From Lama glama (taxonomy: Eukaryota), in assembly GCA_028534125.1 (NCBI GenBank), contig CM052816.1, positions 56,050,001 to 56,114,000 of the forward strand: a stretch of 64,000 bases of DNA, given 5' to 3'. Each line of letters starts with the position of its first letter. Position 1 is the first letter of the stretch. Positions 51,042 to 63,678 of the stretch are shown piece by piece. The position numbers were made by a program, and so were the translations under genes. The notes below the pieces were generated by a model, which had not been told where the DNA came from, made no database searches, and worked only from the letters and a program-made list of their open reading frames with translations.

Positions 51042-51860
51042 TTTTTTAAAAATTGAAATATAATCCACAGTGTACAGTTTAGTGGTTTTTACTGTATTTA
51101 CAGCTATGTAACCATAACCACTATCTAATTGCAGATTCACCCCAAAAAGAAACCCTGAACCAGCTAGCAGTCCTTCTGTATTCCTCCATTCCTCGTTCCT
51201 CTAGCAACCACTAACCTCTTTTCTGTCTCTATGGATTTACCTATTTTAGATATTTCATATAAATGGAATTGTATGATTCAGTTACACTGTAAGCTCTTTG
51301 TGTCTAGCTTCTTTCACTTTGTGTACATGTTATCAGGGTTCATCCATGTTGTAGCATGAATCAGTGCTTCATATTTTTTTTATGGCTGAGGAATATTCTG
51401 TAGTGTGGATATGCCACATTTTGTTTATCTATCATCAGTTGATGGACTTTTGGGTTGTTTCCACTTTTTAGGTATTATAAATAATGCTGTGTTAAACATT
51501 TGTGCAGTTTTTGTCTGGACATTACTCTGCTGTATATACTTAGGTGTGAATGGAATTGCTTGGTTATATGGTGACTCTGTGTTCAGCCTTTTGAGAAACT
51601 GCCAAACTGTGTCCCAAAGCACCTGCACCATTTTACATTCCCATTAACAGTGTATGAGGGTTGCAGTTTCTCCATATCCTCACCATTTGTTGTCTGTCTT
51701 TTTGATTATAGCCATCTCAGTGGTTATGGAGTGACATCTCATTATAGTTTTGATTTGTGTTTGGTGTTGAGCATCTTTTCATGTGCATTTTGGTCTTTTA
51801 TGTATCTTCTTTGGAGAAGTGTCTGTTGAAGTCCTTTGACCATTCTTTGGGTTATTTGTG
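51042..51860 (-). mobile_element. L1M 3' fragment
   Basis: Minus-strand VWQFLKRLN...KWKQPKSPS. Confidence 0.85.
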
Positions 51861-53199
51861 GTAGATTTTTAAATTAAAAAGAGAAATTCCATATATATAC
51901 AAAAATTACATAGAGAAAAAGGTAACAGATAATCGTGTACCATCCAGCATGTACCATTGTGAGAAGTGGATCATTGTCAATACAGCTGTACTCCTGTCAT
52001 ATCCAGTTAGTTCACTCCCTTGGTCGAAATGAGCACCATCCTCAATTTGGCATTTATTTTCCCCATGTATGTACGTATCCTCCAACAATGCATTGTTGTT
52101 TTACATATTTTAAAACTTTATATAAATAATATGTACTGTATGAATTCTTTTGCAGTTTGCTTTTTCTACTAATCTTTATAATTATGAGATTCACTCTTGT
52201 GGATTCACATAGCTCTGTCTTCTCTTTTTCAATGCTGTTTATCTTTCCATTGTGTGGATATATTGTGTTGTGATGTTTTAAAAACTATTGGTGGATTTAT
52301 ATTTGCATTGGCATAAAGCCCATACCACTACTTTTTTCTTAATGAATAAGATTTAATCCTGAAAAGTAAATTATTTGAAAACTTTTATAAAATATACTTT
52401 ACCATTGATTTTAATCTAATATCAGATATTTATTTTCACTGAAAAAACATTTTTGTTTTTTGTTTCCTCCTCCTTTTTAATATGAAAAATCCCAAAAACA
52501 AGAACCAAGGGTTGCATGCCCATCTTGAATCATGGTTTCTCTCTAAATCCATACATGAGAATGGAATGAACCCTGTATAACCTTGGATAATCTGCAAATG
52601 GATTTTGCTCTTAAAGTCTAATTAGTGCTTCACTGAATCTGGGGAGGAATGCAACCACATCTACTGCAGGCGGAACCTCTTATTACTTGCCCTTTCCTGG
52701 GATTCTAATGATAAATAAGTTGAATACCAAATGAAAACGGGTGCTTATGTATTATGTAAGGTATTTTATTTCAGTTATTTTAATTTAGGCAAAGGACTCA
52801 CTGTGGCTTGTCATCCCCCACCCCCAGCTTTTCCCTTCCTGTTATGTATGAAAACTACAACCAGAAAACATGAGAAATATTGTCAAACATATGGGAAAAA
52901 AGTGAGAGAATGGTATCCTAGTGTCCATGTATCCATTGTCCAGATTAACAGCTGTTAAGATTTTGCCATGTTTGTTTTCATTTATTTTTAGGTAAACCTA
53001 AACAGAACGTTGAAGATACAGTTGATGTTCTCTCTGGATCCCTCCCCAGCCCCGTTCCTCTTTCTCCTTTCCTCCCGGAGATAATTGTGTTCCTGAAGTC
53101 GGCGGATATCCTTCCTGCCCATGGTTTCATACTTACGTTTTTGTCCATAAACACTGTAGAGCATTATTTATTGTGCTTTTTTAATTTTAAAATTTAAAG

Positions 53200-53805
53200 T
53201 TTTTGGTGATAAAATTCATATAACATAATATTTACCACTTTATTTATAGGGGTAAATAGTTCGATGGCAGGAATCACTTTCCCAGTGCCGTGTACTCATC
53301 AGCACTATCTGAACCCAGGACTTTTTCATCGTCCCCAATCTAAACCCTGTACCCTTCAAACAGTAACTCCCCTTCCTCTTTCCCCTGCATTCGCTAACTT
53401 CTTTTCTGCTCTCTGTCATGAGTTTGCCTGGTCTCAGTACCTCACAAACAGGAATTCATACACTATTTGTCCTTTCTGTGTCTTATTTCCATAGCATAAT
53501 GTTTATGGTCCATCCATGTTGTAGCATATATCAAAATTTCATTCCTTTTTATGTCTGAGTAGATTTTATTGTGTGACTGTATCACATTTCATTTATCCAT
53601 TTATCCATTGGTGGATGCCTGGGTTGTTTCTCCCTTCCTGTGTTTCTGTGAATAATGCTGCTATGGACATTGGTGTGCAGATATCTGTTTGAGTCCCTCC
53701 TCTCATTCTTTTGGATATAAACCGAAGAGTGGAATTGTTGGCTTAGAATTCTGTGTTTCACTTTTTGAGGAATTGCTAAACTGTTTTCCCCGGAGGCTGT
53801 ATCAC
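53200..53805 (-). mobile_element. L1M 3' fragment
   Basis: Antisense L1 3' UTR motifs (CATCCATGTTGTAGCATATATCAAAATTTCATTCCTTTTTATG). Confidence 0.8.
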
Positions 53806-54428
53806 TGTGTTTAATGTGGTTTTAAACTTATAAAATGACATCGTTTTGCTTTTTTATTGACTTGTTTTTTTAGATTTATCAGTGTTGATTATACACAGCT
53901 GTAGTTTATTTGTTGAAGTTGCTGTATAGTATTTCATTGTATACATATTATAGTTTATTCCTATATCCCCTAATGATGATGAGCACTTAGGTTGTACGCT
54001 GACCCCAGTTTGAAAACTGTTCTGTAATGAACATTTTATTCATTATACGATGTCTTCTGCATATGTGTAAATCATTAGGGTATCCCTAGAAGTAGAATTG
54101 GATCATAAAATGTTTGTCTTCAACTTTACTAACCACTTCACAGTTGTTCTCACACTAGCCGTGTGGGAGTTTCCATTTCCCGTATTCTTCTGATGATTGT
54201 TACTATCTGATGGGTGTGAAAATGGTATCTTGCTGTTTCATCTTGGCAGCTAGTGAGTTTTATCATCTAGTGACCATTCAGGTTTCATTATGGGTGAATT
54301 TCCTGTTCATAACTGCCAATTTTTCTTTGGGGTTATTTTGTCTTTCTAATTCAATTTTAGTAATTTTTCATATGCCCAGAATACTAATCTTTTGTTTTAT
54401 TCTGTTTATCTCCTAATCTGTGTCTTCA

Positions 54429-55791
54429 TTTATTTTTTTTAATCTCTAGTAACTTTATTTAAATAAATGACTAATTGGTCGCTCAATAGATCACATATGG
54501 CTTCTCTGCCCTGATCCTGCTTTCTGTTTTCAAACTTGTCACCTGCAAATGTTACAAGTTAAAAAGACAGATCATCTAAAATGAATTAAATAAAACTAGT
54601 TACATTTACAAATGGCCTCGACTTATAAGATGTCTGTATTCAAATGAACAGGACAGCATTTTTAAAGTGCAATATGCACTCTTCTGGCTCACCATAAAAA
54701 ATTATGTAACTGGAAATTCAGTCATTTCTCTGAGAGCAAATTTAGTGAAAAGCTGTTTTGAAAGTTAGCCACTTGACACAACATTGTAAAATGACTATAA
54801 CTCAATAAAAAAAGTTAAAAAAAAGTTAGCCATGAAATTATAAATTATGAGAAACCCTGAAAAGTCATTGAAAATTAGTAGATAAGATGCAGTTAGAAAT
54901 AAACCAGTGGAGAGGCAGCATAAAGTAAATAAAGTAAAATAAATACTATACAATAGCATAAAAAGTTTTGCTTATAAAAAATTGAAAATTGCATTTTAAA
55001 ATATCAATTTTCCCTTCTTTTGAGGGTTTTACAATTAAAATTTAGAACTGGAGTCTCTGTAAAGATTTTCCAAATGTTATTAATTACTGGCCTTGTTTTT
55101 TGCCCAAACCTCTCTGATCTGTCGGTTGAGTTCACTCATCATTCGATCCTCGTGATTACACACACCCATCCTTTTCCAGAGAAGAGGCATCCTTTCTTCT
55201 AGGAGGCGAGTCAGATAATCATGCAAACCTTCTTCCCGTGTCCTGCCACGTGGGCCGTCCATTTTTCCAGCTGCAGTCTCTCTGGAATCCTGGTACTGCT
55301 TTTGTTCTTGTTGCCTTAGCCTGTTCAGTTCATTTCTTATATCCAATAATTTTTGTCTTTCAGTTTTTACTGTGTCTTTTTCCTCAGCAGCCAGGTAATG
55401 CAGCCTCATCTGTTCCAATTCTTCTTGCTGTTTTTTAAGACGAGCCATTTGACTTTCCTGCCCTCTGCTGCTTAAGTCTGGCAAGTTCTTCCAAAGCTCG
55501 TCCCCACTGCTGCTTGTAATGTAGTTTAGACTTAGTTGCAGGTTCCAACTTTGTTTCAAGTTCAGCCTTTTCCACTGTGAGATTTATTTCAGACTATAAT
55601 TGAATTTCTGGTTTGTTGCTTTGCTGATCCTTGAACTGATGGAACTCTCTTTCTAAAATCTTATACATGTTTTTGGCATCATTAAGCTGCTGCTGAAGTC
55701 GATGTTTATCCCCTTCTAGCTGCTTGATCTTTAACCTTTCTAGTTCAACTTGGGGGACACAATCTTCTTTGGCCCTGCGGATACAGTCCTG
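54429..55791 (-). pseudogene. CEP120: 5'-truncated processed pseudogene of CEP120 (C-terminal coiled coil plus 3' UTR and poly(A))
   Basis: Minus-strand translation [24 protein letters not shown]...[33 protein letters not shown]...[10 protein letters not shown]...ASN* matches the CEP120 C-terminus as I recall it. It is intronless, with an in-frame TAG at 55594-55596, a frameshift near 55465, the native stop at 55080-55082, AATAAA at 54454-54459 and a poly(A) remnant at 54429-54440. Confidence 0.92.
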
Positions 55792-55811
55792 GGTATGGTG
55801 CCTTTTAAATA

Positions 55812-55978
55812 TAAACCATGTAGTCCAAATAAAGCAGCTACTGATATAAATTAAGTTTAGGTTAATTAAAATTAAATCAGATTGTAAGTTCAAGTCATTA
55901 GCAGCCCCATGCGGCTCTGGTAGCTACTGGATTGGACAGTGCTGCTGTAGGTCATGTCCATCTTCACAGAAAGTCCTG
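55812..55978 (-). mobile_element. MER3-like hAT DNA transposon
   Basis: GCTACTGGATTGGACAGTGCTG...CATCTTCACAGAAAGTCC resembles the reverse complement of the element at 63030. Confidence 0.6.
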
Positions 55979-56923
55979 TATAGAAAGTTTTAAACTTTAA
56001 TAATCATGTTTCTCATACTATTTTATCACGGATTGTGATTTTTGTATCTTTTATAAGAAATCCTTTAGTACCCAGATATCCTAGAGGTATTCTCTTATGT
56101 TTTCTTTAAACATTTTGCTTTTTATAATGGGTATTAGAATTCATCTAGAACTTATTTTTATGAATGATATTGATATGAGGTCAAGATCTGACTTCTTTTA
56201 TTCTAACATCATTATTTAATAGTTTTATTCATTCTCCTCTGAAATGTGATTCCTCCTCTGTCATTTGCCAAATTTCTAGTTTATATGTGGTTCTTTCTTG
56301 GTGTTTTTTTTCCCCCCTTGGTATTTAATTTTCTTCCTCCTCTTCCTCCTCTTCCACATTATGTCAATACCAGGTTGTTTTTAATTACTGTGCCTTTAAG
56401 ATGATTCTTGTTAATCTGCTAGAATAAGTCCTCCTTGGTTTTTTTTCCCTCAAATTGGCCCGAATATTATTTCATAGCCCTTTGTTCTTTCATTTTGAAT
56501 TTGGGATCAGGTTTTGTCCAGTTCCATTAAAGAAAATCTCTGTTGGGATTTTGTTTAGAATTGCATGGAATTTACAGAATAATTTGGTGAGCATTGGTGT
56601 TTTCACACTATTGAGTCTAACAGTCCTTTTATTCAGTTCTTCTTTTATGTCCTTCAGTAACATTTAGTAATTTTCTCTTTAAAGGGGAAGTATATCTTTT
56701 ATGAGGACTTGAATTCCTTGGTTACTTAAAACTTTAATATGGAATTTTATTTAGGATTTTGATTCATAAATGAGACTGCTTTCTTATTTTTGGTTGCTTG
56801 GTGATTTTGCTATCGGGGTTATGCTAGCCCCATTGAGTGAGTTGGGCAGTTTACTTTCCATCTTCTGTTTTCCCAAACAATTGATTTTTGGGATTTCTAG
56901 GAAATTCTCAATGTGTTTTTCAG

Positions 56924-57052
56924 CTTGCAAGCAGTATTTTGAAAAGTATCCTGGGGACCATGAGCTCCTTTGGGAGGTTGAAGGTGTTGGACATTGGTAC
57001 CAGCGAATACCAGTCACCAGAGCATTACAAAGAGAAGCGCTTAAAATTACGG
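56924..57052 (+). CDS. FAM169A: FAM169A exon 7 (ACKQYFEKYPGDHELLWEVEG...ALKIT)
   Basis: Acceptor TTTTTCAG|, donor CGG|GTAAGA; 129 nt. Confidence 0.95.
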
Positions 57053-57106
57053 GTAAGAATGTTTCCATTTTGAACACAAGTCCAGCTTAAAAAGGAGCGC
57101 CTAATG

Positions 57107-57211
57107 AAGAATGTGACAATGAATATATGTATGTTCATGTATAACTGAAAAATTGTGCTCTACACTGGGAATTGACACAACATTGTAAACTGACTATACC
57201 TCAATTAAAAA
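57107..57211 (+). mobile_element. Short L1 3' end with TSD
   Basis: Flanks AAAAAGGAGCGCCTAATG / AAAAAGCAGTGCCTAATG; L1 terminus ACATTGTAAACTGACTATACCTCAATTAAAA. Confidence 0.85.
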
Positions 57212-57693
57212 AAAAAGCAGTGCCTAATGGTTGCACCTTACAGTCCATAGTATTGGTATATTGTTATGTGATCTCTTTAGTAACAGAGCTTCTTTTCTAA
57301 AGTTTGAATTTTTGTTCTTTGTAAACATTTGAGTCACTAGTATAAGAGGATCTAGAATAGCCCAGTGGAATGTAACAGTCCAGTAGGAACTGATGGGTGA
57401 TAAATTAACACAGATTACTCAAACAGGGAGAACAGGCATCAGAGGGGCAAGGCTGGTACCGGGGTCTCATCCATCTCTCCTCGAAGCCACTAAGTACAGA
57501 TAACTATTAAAGATTCTACATCTGCAAAGTCTCATTATAAGATGTTGGTGAAGGGGATATCCCACACCAGATTTTCAACACCCTTTTGTTCAGGCTGCTT
57601 TTCAGGGCTTTTGTGAAAATCAGTACAAACGATGTTACAATTAAAACCAAATATTAATTGGGTTACAAATTTTTTAAATTCTTCTACATACAG

Positions 57694-57806
57694 CTGTTTC
57701 TCAAAATGAAGCTAAAAGACCTATGTCTGGAGAATACGGTCTTGCATCTGTTCCAGAATTTGAAGCCGGAACTGAAGATAATCAGTCTAGTGAGATGCAG
57801 CTAACT
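57694..57806 (+). CDS. FAM169A: FAM169A exon 8 (AVSQNEAKRPMSGEYG...SEMQLT)
   Basis: Acceptor ATACAG|, donor ACT|GTAGGT; 113 nt gives phase 0, matching exon 9. Confidence 0.85.
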
Positions 57807-59609
57807 GTAGGTACACTGTGTGTTTATGTAGGGAATAATTAGTTTGCTGTTTTTTAAAAATAGGGCCAGCTAATATTTAGCTTTTAATGTTACTGTTCAT
57901 TCAACAATCTTATGTAATTTCTACTGTGTTAGTTACCTTGTTATTTTCTGTTAGCTGGTCATTGAGGATTTAATTTGAAAAATAATTTGGAATACACAAA
58001 ATAATATAGAAGAAAATAAAAATCTATAATCCCATTATCCTAGATATAGCAACTAAAATTTTTATATATGTACTGAATATATAATAAAACATGTATCTGC
58101 ATATGTTTTATTTTTGTTCTTATTCTTTTATGCTACTTCTAACTGCTCTTCTCCATTAACATACTATTGTAAGCATTTTCTGTGGCATTACTGTTTAAAA
58201 ACATTGTTAAATAGCAGCACACTGTTCTAGTCTGTGTAGGTAACTATCATTTATCTCCTTAACATATTACACTTAAGTTTTTTATATTTATAAATGGCCC
58301 AGCCATGAACACATTTATACACCTTTGTGCAAAGTAATTATTTCCTTACACAGATAAATTTCTAGAAGTAATTAGTAGTAGGTCAAAGGGTATGAAGTTA
58401 TTTGAGAAGTTTGAGGCTACATATGCTAGGTCTCTGTAGAATGTCATGCACTTTGCAAATAGTAGGTGACCCAGAAGTAGAAGGACAGGTCCCATTACTG
58501 AATTCCAGAGGACTCACCAGGTGCATTTCTAGAACCTACTTAATTGTTATTACTTAAAATACAAGTCCATTGGTAGGATTCTGGAAGTCTGTTTTTATGC
58601 AGTGTTTTGTTGTGATGGCATTTATTACAGTCATATTTGTTTTGTACACAAGTACCGGAGTATATCTTTAGTGAGTGTTGAATATGTCTTTGTAAATGTG
58701 TATGCGATTCAGAGACACGTGTTTTGGTGAGTCATTTGTGCCTCTTTTTTCCTGTCTTAATTAGCATGAGTGTTAACTCTTTGAAACTATGTAAAACATT
58801 TTTAAGGATAATGTAAATAATACAATAGCTATATGTAAGGAGTTCAAGTTTTTGTTTTTATTTTTTTCTACCTTTGGAATTTCAGACTTCAGAATAAGCC
58901 CATGTTCTATTATGTTGCAGTCCAAGTTCTTCAGATTTACTCAGAGTCATTTAATATTGGTCAGATATCATAAAACTAAGGAACGTTTAAAAATCTGCTC
59001 TTTTCATACATGTAGTGAGAACAATGATTTATTTTATATTAAGCCAAATAATTTTAAATGTGTCATTTTAATGAAAGTATATTCAGATGGTATCATATTA
59101 TAAGGTCAGCAGCATAAATTGGATTTTTGTTTTTAAAATATATAGTCTTCATATTACTTTAGTATTTTAATTCAAGGAAAATAATTTTCTATTAAACTAT
59201 TTATCTCTTTTCATCAGTAACCACAGGGGAAGTGGTTTTGTTTGTTCATTTTAACTACATAGTTTTTTTTTTAGCTTTATTGAGGTATAATTCACAAAAA
59301 TGTACATATTTAAGGTGTACACCTTGATGTTTTGATATATGCTATAAAGTGATCAATCACTACCTGATTTAGTCTTTAGGTGATGTTGATATTTCTATCT
59401 GATTTTTTTTTTCTGTTTTGGGGCATAAATATTACATGTATTTCTCTTAGGATACTTTTGGTACCTTTTATTTATTCATCTCTATCTATGTGTTAGCCAT
59501 GTCTAGTTGAACTGTAGGCTTCTTGAAGGCAGAATTTTTAGTTGTTTCCTTGTTTGTCAGTGTCGTGTAAATAGATCTTCTTGAAGTCTTTGTGTCTGCC
59601 ATATTGTAG

Positions 59610-60610
59610 GGTTTCAATAAATGTGTAATGAATGAACGGACAGCAATTTATATAATAAAATAGGTACTGTGGCAAGCATTGGACATACAGAAATATTGTT
59701 CTGAGAAGCATGGGGGAAGTAGATGGTCCATTACTGGAAGCAAATAAGTAAACAAATATACTACACGGTAGTTATTGCCATAATAGAATATAGAGCAAAT
59801 AATTGAAGGTACATAGCAGAGTATGATTAACTCTGCCTAAGGACTGGAATAAGTGTAGTAACTGAGCTGACTTTTAAAGAGTGGACAGGAGTTCTATGAT
59901 AAAGGTTGATAGGGCATTCCAACAGATAGCATGTAAAAAGCACAGGTGTAAAAGAAAATGGCACGTTGGTTTGTAAGAGGTTGAGAGTTTGTATTCTAGG
60001 TGGTGCTCAACCATTACAAATCTTGATGTTATTTGTATATTTTTTAAAGCAAAGAAGTGGTACCTTTTGTGACTTGGAAGCATCAGCTGTGATAGTGGAG
60101 GAGATTACAGGGCACGTGATTAGAGTGAGGGGTACCATTGAGGAGCGCATGTTAAAGATGAGACATGCCTGATTTAAAATCATTAGTAATAAAGATGATT
60201 GGTCATACCAAAGAGGGGGCAGTCTTGAGGGATTCTTCAGAGTAAAAATTGACAGGCTTTGTGGCTGATTGAATGAGGGATAGGAAGAAGTTATTACTGC
60301 CTCACAGGTTTTTGGTTAGAATGGCATAATGAATTGTTACCGCCATTAACCTAGATAGAAGATAATATTGGGAAAAATAAGAGTTCAGTTTGGGACAGGT
60401 TGTATGTGAAATTGGGTGAAGTATCCACTGGAGAGATATTTCATTGGAAATAGAGCTTTGGAAATCAGGGGGAAAGTTGGGGAGATTAAACTGTGTATTT
60501 CGATTCATCAGCAAGTAGATCTGGAAGTAAATGTGGCAGATAAAATTACACAGGAAGAGAATATGGACTGAGAAGAGAAGGTAGGTGAGGACAGGACTCG
60601 GGAAACTGCA
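59610..60610 (-). mobile_element. L2 remnant(s)
   Basis: GAGTTCAGTTTGGGACAGGTTGTATGTGAAAT and related antisense L2 motifs. Boundaries approximate. Confidence 0.55.
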
Positions 60611-60851
60611 ATGTATATCACTTTAACAGATGGCTTGATAAGTTGTTAGGCTTATAATAAACAGGCTATGATATAGCCTTTTTATTTCTTAACTAAATTT
60701 TCCTTATTGATGAATAGTGAGCATGAAAAATGCTATTTGAAAAAATTTTTAAAAGATTTTCTTTGACACTGAATGAAGTAGCTCCATAGGGAGAAAAAAG
60801 GATCTAAAACTTTTGGTTTTTATCTGTATCTATATTTGGTTTTTATTTTAG

Positions 60852-60891
60852 ATTGATTCTCTAAAAGATGCCTTTGCAAGCACTTCTGAAG
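60852..60891 (+). CDS. FAM169A: FAM169A exon 9 (IDSLKDAFASTSE), 40-nt exon
   Basis: Acceptor TTTTATTTTAG|, donor AAG|GTAAGA; frame consistent on both sides. Confidence 0.88.
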
Positions 60892-60969
60892 GTAAGAAAT
60901 TCACCTGGTCTATCAGTAAGTGCATGAGACACTTAGAATTAAGTATGTGTTCATGTGTGTGTGTCCTTT

Positions 60970-61215
60970 AGAGTAAGTGAAGACTTACCCAGCATTAAAA
61001 TCTAGATCTGGGTTCTAATGCCACCACTACCACTGGTTTTGCCATGTGAACAGGTGGGTAAGCTGTCGTACCTCTTTTCCTCATTTCCTTACCTGTAAAA
61101 TAAGGACAGTACTGTCTACCTCGTTTATTTTCCAAGATTATTGGCCGAGGATATAAGTGAAAACACAGAAGCACTTTGCAGAGCTCAGGGTAGCACAGAA
61201 ATGTGAGGAATGAAT
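60970..61215 (+). mobile_element. MIR SINE
   Basis: AGATCTGGGTTCTAATGCC...CCTCATTTCCTTACCTGTAAAATAAGGA. Confidence 0.65.
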
Positions 61216-61403
61216 AGTGACATTATTTTGTAATTTAGAAAGAGACACTGACATGGTTTCTTAGCCTGATGTAAGTGAGAGAAAGGAAGTGTGTGATGGC
61301 GGGGATACAGGTGAACCAGCGTAGTTCCTGCATTTCTGTGTGTTTAAGAGGTAATCCTTTGCATACATAATCAATTCATTGTAGTGTTGCTGGTTTTTCT
61401 CAG

Positions 61404-61554
61404 GTCATGATAAGACACCTGTTTCCACTCGTGCTCGAAGTAGTCATCTAAAGCGGCCAAAGATTGGAAAGCGGTTTCAGGACTCTGAATTTAGTAGTTC
61501 GCAAGCAGAAGATGAAAGGACTCACCAGACTTCACCTACAGCTTCAGTAAACAA
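61404..61554 (+). CDS. FAM169A: FAM169A exon 10 (GHDKTPVSTRARSSHLKRPKIGKRFQDSEFSSSQAEDE...ASVN); CDS continues beyond the window
   Basis: Acceptor TTTTTCTCAG|, donor CAA|GTAAAG; 151 nt, open frame. Confidence 0.9.
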
Positions 61555-62827
61555 GTAAAGTGTTGTTTATTTCACACTCAGTATTTTGTTTCTTTTTCTT
61601 ATCATATTACTAGTATTTGGTTTTTAAGGTGAAGGTTATTATATTGTTTGTATAGCAAATGACCTTGGTGTAGGAGTTTGTATTTGAATTCTTCCACAAG
61701 AGTGTTGATGACACTTGGTAAGTGTCCCTTTGACAGTGTTGTAGGGAGAGGTTGCTAGTAAGAGAATAGAATAAACTCACGATTTCATCTATCGTGTAAA
61801 AATCCAGGAGAATATTCTAGTGATTGTATTATCCCAAATGAGTCATTTTCACCAACTTTGAATTTGGCAGTAGCTGTGGTTTCTAGTAATGCTGAGCTCT
61901 AGTCAGTTTAAAAAACCCTCAGTTTTACCTTATAACTGATACATCTTCCTGGGTTTTAAAACATAACATAAATTAGCAATAGCCATAAATGGTATCATCA
62001 GCTCCTCCAGGAACTTACCAACCAGCCGAATCAACAAAATGCTTGGATCAAAACCTTATTTTCTATCTTCCTTTGACTCTTAACACATTGATTGCCTGCT
62101 GTCGGTCAAGTGCCCCTGAGGAAACACAGCTGTTACCCAGATTTGAGTGACATGGTGATCTACATGTTAAAGCAAGATTTAGAATATTATAGTACAAATA
62201 GACTTTTGCCTTGGAAGCCCTGCTAACTGTTCCTGAGTCACTATTCATAGCTCTGCCATTTTAGTTGTGAAATTATTCTACTCAGGTAGAGAGTTCTATA
62301 GCTATGCTAGTTTTATTATGTATAGATTTGGGTAATTAAGTATGTAAATGTTATATTTTGATGAAAAATTCATCATGTTACAGTCAAATTTAAGTAAATA
62401 TTTAAATCTAGTAATTTGGGAAAAGAGTAAGAGCTTAGATAATTATGAGTTTATTCACTGAGCCACATTTTGATGTAATACCCTTTTTAGAAGGGAATAT
62501 AACTGCATTTAAAATTGAACACTGTAGAATTATTGTGAAATTTTCTTTTTTAAAATAGTAACAGTGAGACTAAATGCTTGAATGCTTACTCAGATACTTC
62601 ATCTTTGCCCTTGAAGAATCGACTGCCTGGTGGTTTCTAATACACGTATCTGTACCTGTGACACAGATTAAGAGCACTGCAAGCACATGCAGTAATAGAA
62701 GTGCAAAATCCTGTGGATGTAAAGGAGAGCATATTGATTCTCATTGAGGGGATGGAGAACTTTCACATTTGGGTCAGGGCTTCAAAGATAAGTAGAAAGC
62801 ACAGTTGAGAAGAAGACTTTCTAGTCC

Positions 62828-63022
62828 AAGGGTATACGAACTATGGTCTGTAGGCCAAAGCTGGCCCACCACCTACTGTAAATAGGATTTTATTGTAACA
62901 CATCCATGCTGAGTAGTTTACATGTTTCTAATGATGGCTTTGCTTTACAGTGGTGGAGTTGAGCAGCTGTTCAGTGACCACATGGCCCACAAGACCTAAA
63001 GGAAGAGTTTGCTGACCCCTGG
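62828..63022 (+). mobile_element. MER58-like hAT DNA transposon
   Basis: CAAGGGTATACGAACTATGG...AAGAGTTTGCTGACCCCTG termini. Confidence 0.7.
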
Positions 63023-63029
63023 TGTACAC

Positions 63030-63232
63030 CAGGGCTGTCCAAAGAACTTGCTGTATGATGAACATGTTCTGTATCTGCCCTGTCCAATATGGCAGCCACT
63101 GCTCAGTGTGCTTATCAGTGAGCACTCGAAGTGTGGTTAGTGCAACTGAGGAACTGAGCTTTTAATTTCATTTAGTTTTAGTTACCATGAATAGTGATGA
63201 GTATCTTGTGACTACTGTATTGCACTGCGTAG
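63030..63232 (+). mobile_element. MER3-like hAT DNA transposon
   Basis: CAGGGCTGTCCAAAGAACTT...GTCCAATATGGCAGCCACT...GCAACTGAGGAACTGA. Confidence 0.75.
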
Positions 63233-63678
63233 TTCTAGACTACAGAAATAACATGAGCAAAGGCACAAAGCTAGGAGGGGGGTTGATAAGGATAACTGAT
63301 ATATAGGGTAAATTGTAACATCTAGTAGGAGATAAAAATACAAGAGTCTGGTCATGTTAGGCTTTGAAGGGAGGCACACTTTATTCTCCGAGCCATAGAG
63401 AACCATCAGAATTTTCTGAGCTGGACTGTCACAGGTACAGATACTTGTGTTTGAAACATAGCTCTGGAAACCTTACTGAAGAATGTATGTACTGCAAGAC
63501 TGAAGATGGATTAGGAAGATGTTACAGTGGTCCAGAGAGAATTGGACCTGAAGTAGGAAGATGAAAATGGGAATAGAGAGTTAAGGATATATTTGAAAGG
63601 TATTTCAGAGGTAGAACTAAACCATATTATTTATTGTCCAAACTGATATTTTTGAGAATGAAAGGGGCATTATTAATA

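Noticed and set aside
55080..55559. 159-aa minus-strand ORF as a functional CEP120-derived retrogene
   Set aside because: TTG start, an N-terminus in the wrong frame, an upstream stop and frameshift, and no visible promoter; consistent with decay.
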